Of a DNA stretch of 64,000 nucleotides, positions 32,372-42,783 are shown piece after piece. Source of the DNA: Sulfolobales archaeon. Its GTDB lineage: Archaea > Thermoproteota > Thermoprotei_A > Sulfolobales > AG1. The notes under the pieces were generated by a model. It saw only the letters and a list, made by a program, of their open reading frames with translations. It was not told the DNA's origin and did no database searches. How positions within the stretch are numbered: position 1 is the first letter of the stretch; every line of letters starts with the position of its first letter. The stretch lies in NCBI GenBank assembly GCA_038867615.1, contig JAWBYA010000002.1, positions 32,001-96,000 of the forward strand, in the 5' to 3' direction. Position numbers and translations under genes: made by a program.

Positions 32372-32502
32372 TCACCAGGATCGATTGATTCTGAGTAAGA
32401 AGCTATCTTTGTCATAAGCCAGCAAGCTTTTGGATCTCATCACCCGGTAGCATGATTATTAAGCCTCCGTGTGATAGATATCTGGTAACCCTGATGAGGA
32501 GC

Positions 32503-33306
32503 ATGTTCAAGGTATACTCCCACCTAACATGCCCCACATCCTATAGGCTTTTTAAGAAGCTGAGAAGCTCCGGAGCCCTGGGGAGCGTTGTCCTCATAGA
32601 TACAGGGTTAGACCCCTTCGGCGCTATATCAAGAAGTGTTGTCTCCGTACCGGCTATCTTTTATAATGATAACCTGATCTATTCGGGATATTTCGACGTT
32701 GATGAGGCTGTTAACACCATAAGCACGGGATCCCTGCCTTCCCTAGAAGATTTCGACTATGCCGAGGCCTCGGTTATGGCTATGGAGGGGCTTCTTGACT
32801 CCTACGCAACAGCCCTCTGGATCTTCCTAACCGATAGGATCGAGTCTCCCCTCAGGCTGAGAAGCTTTATAGAGGCTGTCTCAAGACATGTGTTCTATAG
32901 ATATAGATCTAGTGAGAGCTATGAGAGACTTAAAAAGGAAATAATAGACCTCTATAGGGGTGAGAGAAACCTATATCTAGAAAGGCTTAGAGAAGTAGTT
33001 ACAAAGAACGTTATAAGAGAACTTATATGGCTAGGAAAGGATCCAAATATATATAGGGAGAGGATAAACTCAGAATATATAGAACACCTACTCCTCGCCA
33101 GAACAGCTATTGGAAGGATAGGTCTTTTCATGGGATATAGCGGGGAGAAGATCCATAGGGAGAGGATAAGGGATCTCTACACACATCTCACGAACAGGTG
33201 GGGAGATGTCGTTGAAAGCGTGTTGAAGGAGACAAAGAAGATCCTGGGAGATGCTGAGTATGTGAGCGAATATACTAAAAAGCTTGAGGAGCATACCACC
33301 CCCTAG
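32503..33306 (+). CDS. Thioredoxin-fold-containing protein (CxxS)
   Basis: N-terminal KVYSHLTCPTS and SVPAIF cis-Pro motif; SD GAGGAG favours ATG 32503. Confidence 0.65.
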   Translation: MFKVYSHLTCPTSYRLFKKLRSSGALGSVVLIDTGLDPFGAISRSVVSVPAIFYNDNLIYSGYFDVDEAVNTISTGSLPSLEDFDYAEASVMAMEGLLDSYATALWIFLTDRIESPLRLRSFIEAVSRHVFYRYRSSESYERLKKEIIDLYRGERNLYLERLREVVTKNVIRELIWLGKDPNIYRERINSEYIEHLLLARTAIGRIGLFMGYSGEKIHRERIRDLYTHLTNRWGDVVESVLKETKKILGDAEYVSEYTKKLEEHTTP

Positions 33307-33324
33307 CCTTAAAGGATCATATCG

Positions 33325-34887
33325 GTGTTTTTGTTGAGAATCCTTATACTAACAGGCAAGCTCGCCTCACTAATAGCACTATCGATCGCCTCCAAGATCT
33401 CCAGCAACATGGGGATCAAGGTCGACGTTGGTACTCTAGACATACCTGTCGCGGCCCTCATAACAACCAGAGATGTTCTTGAATACCTGTCCCAAAGGGC
33501 TAGCGAGGTGAAGGATTACGATATAATCATAGCTCCGGGTTTAATGCTGGGGGATCTTGATATAGTTAACAGGGCTCTTGGTGTTAGGTGTTATAAGGGT
33601 AGCAGGTATATAGGGGATCTTCCGATCGTTATAGATGAGGTTATTAAGAGAGGAGCACAGCTATCAACATCGAAGCCCGCTGACTCTGTCCTCGATATTC
33701 TTAGGAAGAGGGATTATAGCAAGATTCTCAAGGAGCTTGAGGAGAGCTCGAGAAAGATCTTTAGCATAGGATCTCTACCTATCCCCCTAGATCCTCCTCC
33801 CTTCAGGATCTTTGCCGAGGTGAATATAGAGCACCCCATAGAAGCAACAATCAAGAATGCTAGGAGGCTTATCGAGAGCGGGGCAGACCTTCTGGTTATA
33901 GGTACACATGCAGATAGCGATGACCCAGATAGTGTTGGGAGAGTGTTTAGAGAGATTAAGAAACATTACGAAATACCCCTCGGCATAGACTCCCTAAACC
34001 CGAGAGAGGTTGAGGCAGCGGTTTCCGAGGGAGCAGGGCTTGTCATGAATATCAGCAGATCTTTCTTTGACTTTGTGGATAGATTTGGCAGGGATCTCGC
34101 CTACGTGCTAGTCCCAGAGACTGTTGAGGATCCCACGGCTGCTTCGAGGGTTAAGGCTCTTAAAAAAGATCTAGAGGATCTTGTCAATAGATATAAGGCT
34201 TGGAAAGTAATCCTAGACCCCGTGATACCGCCACCCCATTTCGGAGCACTCGAAGGCTTATACGCAGTAGCACTCACAAAGAGAGAGATAGCCTCCCACC
34301 CTGTCATGATGAGCTCTGCAAACATTGTCGAGATGATCGACACGGATTCTATAGGGATAAACGCATTGCTAACAAGTCTAGCCCTCGAGGCCGGGGCCTC
34401 AATAGTGCTCGCAACAGAGGATAGCTGGAAGACTAGAGGCTCTGTCTCCGAGATCAGAAGAGCTGCTACAATGTGCTCGATAGCCCATGTTAAGAGATCA
34501 CCGCCAAAAGATCTAGGGATAGGGCTTTTCCTAGCCAAGTCGAAGGAGAAGCCTGTAAGGATCCCGATCTTTTTTGAGGAGGATATAGTTGTCGATAGAT
34601 ATATCCCCCCATCGAGGCTGGATAGCGATAAATTCTTCGTCGTCCAGGTGGATCATGAGGAGAGATATATAGAAGTATATATCTTCAGCGGTGATAAAGA
34701 GAGAGCCGTGTATAGGGTTAGGGGAAGAGATCCCAGAAGCCTTGGAAGGCTTGCCCTGAGACTCTCAGGGATCCAGGATCCGGAGCACGCTCTCTACCTG
34801 GGAGTGGAGCTTGCAAGAGCCCTGGAAGCACTAAGACTTGGGAGGAGATATGAGCAGGATGAGCAGCCCTCGATAGATACTATATAA
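33325..34887 (+). CDS. Dihydropteroate synthase-like protein (archaeal pterin-binding type)
   Basis: ILTGKLA..PVAAL N-domain, pterin-binding barrel (IDS, LDPV, N..E..D.DS.G.N), C-terminal HALYLG.EL domain. Confidence 0.85.
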   Translation: MFLLRILILTGKLASLIALSIASKISSNMGIKVDVGTLDIPVAALITTRDVLEYLSQRASEVKDYDIIIAPGLMLGDLDIVNRALGVRCYKGSRYIGDLPIVIDEVIKRGAQLSTSKPADSVLDILRKRDYSKILKELEESSRKIFSIGSLPIPLDPPPFRIFAEVNIEHPIEATIKNARRLIESGADLLVIGTHADSDDPDSVGRVFREIKKHYEIPLGIDSLNPREVEAAVSEGAGLVMNISRSFFDFVDRFGRDLAYVLVPETVEDPTAASRVKALKKDLEDLVNRYKAWKVILDPVIPPPHFGALEGLYAVALTKREIASHPVMMSSANIVEMIDTDSIGINALLTSLALEAGASIVLATEDSWKTRGSVSEIRRAATMCSIAHVKRSPPKDLGIGLFLAKSKEKPVRIPIFFEEDIVVDRYIPPSRLDSDKFFVVQVDHEERYIEVYIFSGDKERAVYRVRGRDPRSLGRLALRLSGIQDPEHALYLGVELARALEALRLGRRYEQDEQPSIDTI

Positions 34888-34902
34888 AAGATCCACTGTG
34901 AT

Positions 34903-36147
34903 TTACTCATACCTCAAAGCCCTCACAGGCTCCATCCTAGAAGCCCTCCAGGCAGGGTATAGCCCAGCAGCAATGCTTACCGCAACAGCTAGAGCGAAAG
35001 CAGCTAGAGCTATATCTACCGGTATTACGGGGGAGTAGGATAGTGAGAACTGCTGCCCCTGTTGCTGGAAGCCCGGACCCCCTGGGCCCCTCGGCTGTGG
35101 AGATCTTAGAAAGGAGCCCAGGATTTGGGGAAGGATCTGGGCACCCCCAGTCCCGGCTACTATCCCTATGATGCCCCCTATGATCCCTATAAGCGATGCT
35201 TCGAGAAGGTATAGGAACAATACATCCCTGTTTCTGAAACCAACGGCCTTCATAACACCTATCTCTCTAGTCCTCTCTAGAACCGTGATCATCATTATAT
35301 TCATTGTTCCAAGCCCTGCAACGCTGAGCGAGATCCCTGCTATCGATGCTAGGAGGAGTCCGAACTGACCTATTATGGTTGATACTGTCTGGCTCAGCTG
35401 TTGCACAGTAAGGATCTGGACACTATTGCCATATATGGTGTTGAGATTACTAGATAGATCGTTAACAGCATCCACACTTACAGCTTTTACTATTAACATG
35501 TTATAAGACCTCCTGTTAAGGATCTTCATCAACTGGTCAAGGGGGAGAAAGATAGACGAGTCTGGCGAGACGAAAGCCGTCGAGCCATACTGGGCCACGA
35601 TCCCCATAACTTGCAACTGGATCCTCTGTGTGAACCGTCCAAGACCTATCTCGACTGTTACTGGTTGCCCAACATAGATAGATTGTGAGCCGCCCTGGTC
35701 GGGGGGAAATGCTATGGTATATCCGACAAGTGCTACTGGGACAGGGGCGTCTGGATATATGGATCCATCGACTATCTTTACATCGCCTAGAAGAGCCTCT
35801 AAATCGCCGCTCCTTATCCCAACCAGTGTTACCTGTACCTGCTGTCCAGATCTATATATAGTTGCCGGGGTCTGGATAATCGGGATCACTCTTTCTACGT
35901 TCTGGAGCTCGGAGATCCTGATCACATCGACCTGTGTGAGCGTAGACCCCCTAGGGGTTATCACTATCGTGGACGGGCCAAGCTTATACAGAGTATCTAT
36001 GACGCTCTGCTGGATCCCCATTGTCTGGGCTACAAGGGCTATAATGCTAGCAACACCTATAGCGACGCTAAGTATTGTAAGACCTGTTCTCAGCCTTCTC
36101 TGGGAGAGATCCTTTAGGGCTATTTTGACTAGATCTTGGTATCTCAT
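34903..36147 (-). CDS. MacB/FtsX-type ABC permease
   Basis: RRLRTGLT..IGV, V.ERTREIG.MKA.G and YPAWRASRMEPVRALRYE motifs; start MRYQ at 36147. Confidence 0.93.
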   Translation of the reverse strand: MRYQDLVKIALKDLSQRRLRTGLTILSVAIGVASIIALVAQTMGIQQSVIDTLYKLGPSTIVITPRGSTLTQVDVIRISELQNVERVIPIIQTPATIYRSGQQVQVTLVGIRSGDLEALLGDVKIVDGSIYPDAPVPVALVGYTIAFPPDQGGSQSIYVGQPVTVEIGLGRFTQRIQLQVMGIVAQYGSTAFVSPDSSIFLPLDQLMKILNRRSYNMLIVKAVSVDAVNDLSSNLNTIYGNSVQILTVQQLSQTVSTIIGQFGLLLASIAGISLSVAGLGTMNIMMITVLERTREIGVMKAVGFRNRDVLFLYLLEASLIGIIGGIIGIVAGTGGAQILPQILGSFLRSPQPRGPGGPGFQQQGQQFSLSYSPVIPVDIALAAFALAVAVSIAAGLYPAWRASRMEPVRALRYE

Positions 36148-39100
36148 TTCCTCCTCCCTACATAGATCCCGGCTATGAATGCTATAACAGCTGCTATAGC
36201 TATATAGACCCACCAGTAGGTGCCTAGTTCGAGTAAACCTGATCCACCGGTGCTTCTCGGGGTTGTGGTAGTCCTTAAACCTGCACCGAGGATCACTGGG
36301 ATCGATATGTTGACGGTGTTAAGGGTTCTTAGGTTATCATAGTATGTGATCTGGATAGGGATCTCGTACCTGCCCGGGCTTGTCGTGTTGGGGGCTATAA
36401 GGGTTATTGTGAATGTGGTTGGTGAGTTCACCTGCATATCGCCTATAAATACTGATCTAGACCCGAAGATCCTGAAGTCCCGAGGCGGTAGAGGAGTTGC
36501 CGTAACAGCTGAAGCTGTGATCGTTCCTTGGTTGGTGAGAGTCACCGTTATAGAGAACACCTGTCCCGGCGAGGGGGTCTCAGGGATCACTGTATAGTCG
36601 GTTACCCTAAGCTCTATAATACCCCTCGAGATAATACCAGCGCTCTTTACCTCCTGGTAGAATGTTCCATCTATATAGTATCTGAGATCTACCTGGAGGA
36701 TGGCTGTCGATGCAGTAGCGGGTACGTATATCTTTGCTGGGATCCCTATCTGTTCTCCGATCGATAGTCTTTTTACCTTAAACGCTGTTGTTCCGATCAC
36801 CAATAGCTGTCCCGCAACACCTATGGATATGGTTATATTATCTATATTCTGAGAGCCCGTGTTCCTTAGATATATGGTTGCATTGTTAATGATCCCTGTG
36901 ACAAGAACCAGAGGATCTATTGTTATTTCTATAGGCGATACTATAGGCTGTATCAATACTATGAGGGATAGATCGCGGGTCTCCGTCTTAAGAGATCCTG
37001 ATTGATCATAGTATGTGAGCGTTATTCGCATATTGCTTGTGCTATACATCTGCTGGGGTATAGCGGAAGGTCTCGCCATAAAGATCGTGAGCTGTGATGA
37101 CCAAACAACCCCTCCAGGAAGATCCCCTACATAGATCCTGCCATCGCTGTTCACCAGTGCTAGAGAAGATGCTGGTGTTATTGTAAGCGATAGATTATAT
37201 ACTGGGGCTCCACCTCTATTAACAATATATAGGGAGAGGTTGTTAAGCCCGGGCTGTATAGTGTTGCTAGATATATTGATAACTATCTGTGGCTGCTCCG
37301 AAGAGGCTACGTAGAACCCAAGCTGCTGGGACGATACCCTAGCAACACCATATTGATCTATATAGTTGATCGTGAACGTTAGGATGATTGTTAAACCTGC
37401 GGCTGATGGCGGGATATAGATCTGATAGCTTACTATGGAACTCATACCAGGGTTAAGGGTGCTTAGCACTTGGCTTGGTGTGAGGCTTGCAGATCCCTGT
37501 AGCTGTGTTGAAACCCCTATGCTGACATTGTAGATAGCCGCGTCGCCCAAGTTACTCACCCTGACGGAGAGGTTGTTTATAGAGCCTGGTGTGAGATTTG
37601 CTGTTAACGGCTCCAAGAGGATCAATGATTGTCTCTGGGGGCTGATTAATAATCCTAGCTGCTGCGAGTAGCTCCTCGGATAATCATAAGGATCTATATA
37701 TGAGATCGCTACTAGTAATGATAGCGGTGACTGCTGTGCTGATGGCGGGATATATATGTTTACCGAGAGCGAACCGCTCTCACCTGGCTGTAGATCTAGT
37801 TTCCCCTGATCATAGCTAATGACAGAGCCTATAGAAGGCTGGATAGACGTTATACCTATCTGCCTAGCAGGCCCTGTACCGTTATTCGTTATCAAGAGCA
37901 GCACGGTGTTTACAAACCCAGGTTCTAGCGATCGATTAGCAGCCCTAATATATAGATCCACCCTGCCCCTTATGTCGAGCAAAACCGGGACTGTCTGGCT
38001 ATACCCGGACCTGCTCTGCGTATCCCAGGTTATCGCTAAAGCTGCCCCATATAGACCTGTCTTCATACTTGGGTCTATGCTCACCTGGTAGGCGAGCTGG
38101 ACTACGCTGTTAGGCTGTATAGACGGGATATATTGAGAGGCGCTCCGCTCATTAGGAAGGATCCTTATACCGTTTGGAGGGAGCAGCGTGAAGTTAGCAT
38201 TATAGGCAGTACTGTTACCAACATACCTAACAGCTATAACCAGAGACACCCCAGAGTCGCCCGGACCAACCTGGATCTGTTGCTGGAGAGACCCCCAGCC
38301 AGCTGATAAAGCCTGGAAATACCCCGGCTGGTAATCCACAGCTAGACTTATTGCTAACAGATCGCTTCTCTGAACACCGGATCTATCTGTATAGCTGAGC
38401 TGGATCTGCAATGTGATTATTTGAGGAGCCTGCGATCCAACATATAGGTTAAACGAAAGATCCTTATACCCCGATGGTGCTAGATCTCCTATGAAGAAAC
38501 GAGCATCGCTCCCCACAATAGCTGCTTGCTGCGAAGGGGTCACGCTAGCAATGACGTTATATATCCCTGAGGATCCCTTGTTTGTTATTCTGATCGAGAC
38601 ATTATTGATCTGGCCTGCTATAACGCTCTGAGTTAGGGGGGTCACAGAGATCATTTGGGGAACCTGCTGCCCCACATAGAAGCCTATCGACTGTGATAGT
38701 GTTTTCACAGCATAGTATGGGTTTATATACGAGGCGATGACCACGAGACTTAGCGCCTGTAGTGCCGAGGATGGGGGTACATAGACCAGGATCTTGGCAT
38801 CCCTATACTCGCCCGGAGGGATCAGATCTATAGATAGTGGTGTTGATAATATCGAACCCGGGCCTTGTAGGTTATAGCTGAGGCTGAGGTTATATGCTGG
38901 TCCCGAGCCCCTGTTATATATTCTGAGCGTGATCTCATTTATATCGCCTGGGCTAAGGTTTCTTGGTGATGCGTCGAATACAAGATCCGCTCTACCCCTG
39001 AGATCTATTGTCACGTTCAGGCTCTGCTTTATTATTAGTGATTGTGTCTGCCCCATAATATCAAGGATCGCCGTATATGTTCCTAGGCTGGTATATGGGC

Positions 39101-39416
39101 TTATAGAGATGGGGAATGTTAGTGGCACTATAGATCCTGGTGTGACGGGACCGCTATAGGCGGTAACATTACTCTCGCCAGATGTGCTGAGAAATCCTTC
39201 GGGTAGACTGAGATTAGCCGTGAGGCTTATTAGATTCACCGAGCCATTGTATTGTATATATATTGTTAGAGGGACACTGAGATCTCCTGGAGACGCCTCA
39301 GCCCCCCACAAGACATTAACTACCCTGAAGTACTGGGTCTCTGATAAAACCATCGGGGTTAGTGAGATTGCGAGCAGGGTTATAAGCACTATAGCTAACG
39401 AGACCCTTGCCATCAT
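36144..39416 (-). CDS. Large membrane-anchored Ig-like repeat (COG1361 S-layer-domain) protein
   Basis: Signal peptide, repeated N-x-G / I-x-Y-x-D beta-sandwich units, C-terminal TM helix plus basic tail; sits between the ABC ATPase and permease. Confidence 0.85.
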   Translation of the reverse strand: MMARVSLAIVLITLLAISLTPMVLSETQYFRVVNVLWGAEASPGDLSVPLTIYIQYNGSVNLISLTANLSLPEGFLSTSGESNVTAYSGPVTPGSIVPLTFPISISPYTSLGTYTAILDIMGQTQSLIIKQSLNVTIDLRGRADLVFDASPRNLSPGDINEITLRIYNRGSGPAYNLSLSYNLQGPGSILSTPLSIDLIPPGEYRDAKILVYVPPSSALQALSLVVIASYINPYYAVKTLSQSIGFYVGQQVPQMISVTPLTQSVIAGQINNVSIRITNKGSSGIYNVIASVTPSQQAAIVGSDARFFIGDLAPSGYKDLSFNLYVGSQAPQIITLQIQLSYTDRSGVQRSDLLAISLAVDYQPGYFQALSAGWGSLQQQIQVGPGDSGVSLVIAVRYVGNSTAYNANFTLLPPNGIRILPNERSASQYIPSIQPNSVVQLAYQVSIDPSMKTGLYGAALAITWDTQSRSGYSQTVPVLLDIRGRVDLYIRAANRSLEPGFVNTVLLLITNNGTGPARQIGITSIQPSIGSVISYDQGKLDLQPGESGSLSVNIYIPPSAQQSPLSLLVAISYIDPYDYPRSYSQQLGLLISPQRQSLILLEPLTANLTPGSINNLSVRVSNLGDAAIYNVSIGVSTQLQGSASLTPSQVLSTLNPGMSSIVSYQIYIPPSAAGLTIILTFTINYIDQYGVARVSSQQLGFYVASSEQPQIVINISSNTIQPGLNNLSLYIVNRGGAPVYNLSLTITPASSLALVNSDGRIYVGDLPGGVVWSSQLTIFMARPSAIPQQMYSTSNMRITLTYYDQSGSLKTETRDLSLIVLIQPIVSPIEITIDPLVLVTGIINNATIYLRNTGSQNIDNITISIGVAGQLLVIGTTAFKVKRLSIGEQIGIPAKIYVPATASTAILQVDLRYYIDGTFYQEVKSAGIISRGIIELRVTDYTVIPETPSPGQVFSITVTLTNQGTITASAVTATPLPPRDFRIFGSRSVFIGDMQVNSPTTFTITLIAPNTTSPGRYEIPIQITYYDNLRTLNTVNISIPVILGAGLRTTTTPRSTGGSGLLELGTYWWVYIAIAAVIAFIAGIYVGRRK

Positions 39417-40108
39417 TGCTCCCTTACCTCTTCCTTCACCACTACTCCGTCTCTTAGGTATATTATCCTTTTTGTAGCCCAGGCAACCTCCATGTTATGT
39501 GTAACTATTATTACTGTGACACCGCGCTCCTCATTGATCCTTTTGAGAAGATCTACAACCACCTTGGCACTAGCACCATCGAGATTCCCCGTAGGCTCGT
39601 CAGCCAACACGATGCCGGGATCGTTTGCTAGAGCCCTAGCTATAGCTACCCTCTGCTGCTCCCCACCACTTAGCTCTAAGGGTTTCTTCCATATTTTATC
39701 GCCAAGCCCCAGCTCTTCCAAAAGCCTTCTAGCCTTCTCCCTCCTCTGCTTTGGAGGTACACCGCTAACGATCATCGGGATCTCCACATTCTCTATAGCG
39801 CTTAGGTAAGGAATCAAGTTATACTGTTGGAACACAAAACCCACAGTCTTATTCCTATACTCCGCAAGCCTATTATCGCTTAAACTCGATATAGACTGCC
39901 CAGAAACACGGATCTCGCCCCTCGTAGGCCTATCAAGACCACCTATTAGGTGGAGAAGTGTGGATTTACCGCTCCCAGAAGGCCCTACTATAGATACAAA
40001 GCTCCCCTTATCTATAGAGAGGCTCACACCTCTAAGGGCTGGGTAGTCTATAACCCCAACCCTATAGATCTTCCACACATTATCAAGCTCTATAAATGCT
40101 CTGCCCAC
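39413..40108 (-). CDS. ABC transporter ATP-binding protein (LolD/MacB type)
   Basis: GPSGSGKST, LSGGEQQRVAIARAL, ADEPTGNLD. Confidence 0.95.
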   Translation of the reverse strand: MGRAFIELDNVWKIYRVGVIDYPALRGVSLSIDKGSFVSIVGPSGSGKSTLLHLIGGLDRPTRGEIRVSGQSISSLSDNRLAEYRNKTVGFVFQQYNLIPYLSAIENVEIPMIVSGVPPKQRREKARRLLEELGLGDKIWKKPLELSGGEQQRVAIARALANDPGIVLADEPTGNLDGASAKVVVDLLKRINEERGVTVIIVTHNMEVAWATKRIIYLRDGVVVKEEVREQ

Positions 40109-40290
40109 ACAACATACCCATTTATGAAGCCCTACGATGGCTTAATAAGGTTAACCACAAGCCATAATACCGGATCGCTATAATCAGCGTGATCCTGCCT
40201 GAGAGATAGCGTCCAGAAACAATATGGGAGCTATTTACTTTTAAACCGAAGACAGGGCTGGTCAGGGTTTAATAACCATGGGCTCGATCC

Positions 40291-40791
40291 CTATACCTCG
40301 CGGCGAGATGCCCTCTTTATCGGTACTATTTCCTGTTCGTCTGGGCGCCATCTGAATATGTTTAGATATGTGCCCCAGTGGATCAGGCATTCAATGGCTT
40401 CGGAAGCTTTTGTTCCGTAGAGCTCTTCTAACATGCCTCTCAGCTCTTCTATCTGTATCGAGCCTTTCTCGTTGAGCATTTTAACCATACTAGATATAGG
40501 CTCGATCCCTATTACTAGGTTTCTGAGGATCTTCTTAATACTCCTAGAATCGGCTTTGGCAACCTCTTTACCTGTATCTGTGATCACGAGATCCCCTTTC
40601 TCTAGGCGGACAAGACCCATGGATTCAGCGACATCTATCACGTTTGGCAAGAGCCCTGCATCAGCGTCTATCACCTCACTTATCTTAGAGGTGTCAGCCA
40701 AACCTCCAAGGCTATAGAGAGCCTCGACAAGCCCAACAACCTGGTCTATGGTTACACATATAGGGAGGTTTATCTTCCTATGTTGTGACAC
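40291..40791 (-). CDS. Stand-alone AAA-associated (NitT/TauT C-terminal-like) winged-helix protein
   Basis: GL.E.L...GG.AD, AE.MGLV....GD..IT..G and LI.WG.Y pattern; adjacent to NitT/TauT ABC genes. Confidence 0.7.
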   Translation of the reverse strand: MSQHRKINLPICVTIDQVVGLVEALYSLGGLADTSKISEVIDADAGLLPNVIDVAESMGLVRLEKGDLVITDTGKEVAKADSRSIKKILRNLVIGIEPISSMVKMLNEKGSIQIEELRGMLEELYGTKASEAIECLIHWGTYLNIFRWRPDEQEIVPIKRASRREV

Positions 40792-40866
40792 TCCCTCAGA
40801 CCAGCCTCCTAGAGAATCATATTGTGAAGACTATATAAGCACCATAGCTCTCCTGTTATCGGGAAA

Positions 40867-42438
40867 ATGCCAGAGCCCTGGATCTACGAGCTATTGGTGA
40901 GCACCTCATATACATTGGCTAGGATGGTTGCTGCATACCTACTCTCACTACTAATAGCTATTTTGATCGGGATAACGATGGCTGTTAACAGGAAAGCAGA
41001 GGTGATCCTCAACCCCTTGATAGATGTGCTCCAATCAATACCCATACTAGGTTTCTTCCCCGCAGCACTACTAGTACTGATAAGGATCCTACCACCAGGA
41101 GTTGGAGCTGAGGTAGCCTCTATCTTCCTCATAGCAACCAGCATGGTGTGGAACATGATATACGGTGTATACACCTCGATAAAATCCCTGGATCAGGGTG
41201 TGATCGATGTTGCCAAGATCTATAAGATAGGGGTTCTAGCAAAGCTAGTGACAATATATCTACCAGCCTCAAAGAACGCTATTGCAACCAACTCGCTAAT
41301 ATCATGGGCCGGGGGCTGGTTCTTCGTAACAGCCGCAGAGATCATATCGCTTGGGAACGAGGAGTATAGGTTAAGAGGGCTTGGAAGCTACATAGTGGAG
41401 GCTAGTGCTAGAGGGGATCAGGCTGCTCTATATGCTGGGGTAGGGATCCTCATACTAATGATCATGATCACATATCTGCTTATATGGAACCCCATGATCA
41501 GTCTGAGGGGGGAAGCCTACACCATAACACAGCCATCCATAAAGATCCTCTATAAGCTGCTCTCACCAAGATTCTCAGCCCTGTCTGGAAGGCTCTCCAC
41601 AGGCATATATAGGATCGATGCGGCATTATCGCCAACCCATCGGGCTAGGAGGTATATCTCTTTATCCGCCGTTATAGCGATCTTCGCCTCGATCATTACG
41701 CTCTTAACACTAGGATCTCTCAGAGATATCAGCATTAAAGGAACCGGTACTTCCGAGCCATTGTTCCAAGCGATGGCAATGGATATGGCTAACCGTTCTC
41801 TAGAAGCGGTATACTCGATCGCTGTAAGCTTCGTGAGAGTTGTTGCTGCGCTGCTCTTCGGACTATTAGTAACAATATCGCTAGCATATCTCTATATAGT
41901 TAACCAAAGATCTATATACTTTCTTCTCTTTATCGGAGAGATCCTATCATCCATACCAGCAACAGTGTGGTGGCCCCTCCTAGCAGACGCTGTTAAGAAC
42001 GGGCTTAGCCCCAACGTGGTCTCAATGATCATAATCATCCAGGGGTCTTTCTGGTACTTGTTCTTCAACCTGTTCTTCTACGGCGTCCCCTCATTTAGAA
42101 GACAGCTGATCGAGCTAGCAGAGGTGTATAATATCAAAGGAGGTCTCTATGTATCTAAGATCTTCCTCCCAGCGCTATACCCATCCATAGCAGCCGGGCT
42201 TATATCAGCCTCCGGAGGCGCATGGAACTCCGTGATCGTGGCTGAGTATATAGATATAGGGGATCTCAAGGTAGATCTAGGAGGGATCGGGAGCCTCATA
42301 TCAAGATCAGCCGCAGGAGGCGATGTAATATCTCTAACCACCTATGTCCTCTACATGGCACTATTTGTAGTGATACTGAACAGAACCCTGTGGGAAAGGC
42401 TGCTCTTTAGGAGAATAAAGAGAAGATACGCTATATAG
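40867..42438 (+). CDS. NitT/TauT-family ABC permease with two fused TM modules
   Basis: DVLQSIPILGFFP, WAGGWFFVTAAE and GGAWNSVIVAEY motifs. Confidence 0.9.
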   Translation: MPEPWIYELLVSTSYTLARMVAAYLLSLLIAILIGITMAVNRKAEVILNPLIDVLQSIPILGFFPAALLVLIRILPPGVGAEVASIFLIATSMVWNMIYGVYTSIKSLDQGVIDVAKIYKIGVLAKLVTIYLPASKNAIATNSLISWAGGWFFVTAAEIISLGNEEYRLRGLGSYIVEASARGDQAALYAGVGILILMIMITYLLIWNPMISLRGEAYTITQPSIKILYKLLSPRFSALSGRLSTGIYRIDAALSPTHRARRYISLSAVIAIFASIITLLTLGSLRDISIKGTGTSEPLFQAMAMDMANRSLEAVYSIAVSFVRVVAALLFGLLVTISLAYLYIVNQRSIYFLLFIGEILSSIPATVWWPLLADAVKNGLSPNVVSMIIIIQGSFWYLFFNLFFYGVPSFRRQLIELAEVYNIKGGLYVSKIFLPALYPSIAAGLISASGGAWNSVIVAEYIDIGDLKVDLGGIGSLISRSAAGGDVISLTTYVLYMALFVVILNRTLWERLLFRRIKRRYAI

Positions 42439-42783
42439 CTATACCCACCATAACAAGCTATTCCAGTTTCCACAAAGATTTATGGTATGTTTATTAGCGA
42501 TCGTTACTAGCCCTTCCCGAGATCTTCGCTGTTGTAAAGACAGGCTTATAGCTAGAATATATCGCCGATGTCTACCTACAATGTATAAAAAGATCTATCT
42601 ACACTCTGGGAGAAACCCCAACAGATCTCGGAGATCTTCCTATGCACTATAACACCTAGGAAGGAAACGCTTATTAATCCCACGGCGGTAATGAGGGCTG
42701 GGGAAGGTTTGTACTGAGGGTGTTCCTGACAGGGGCTCTATATCCCATCGGATCGATTATCATGATAGCTAGTTATATGGGGT

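Noticed and set aside
42685-42740. Fluoride or TPP riboswitch, or canonical C/D sRNA, ahead of the ABC ATPase
   Set aside because: Riboswitch core pairings are missing and box spacing does not fit a standard C/D RNA.
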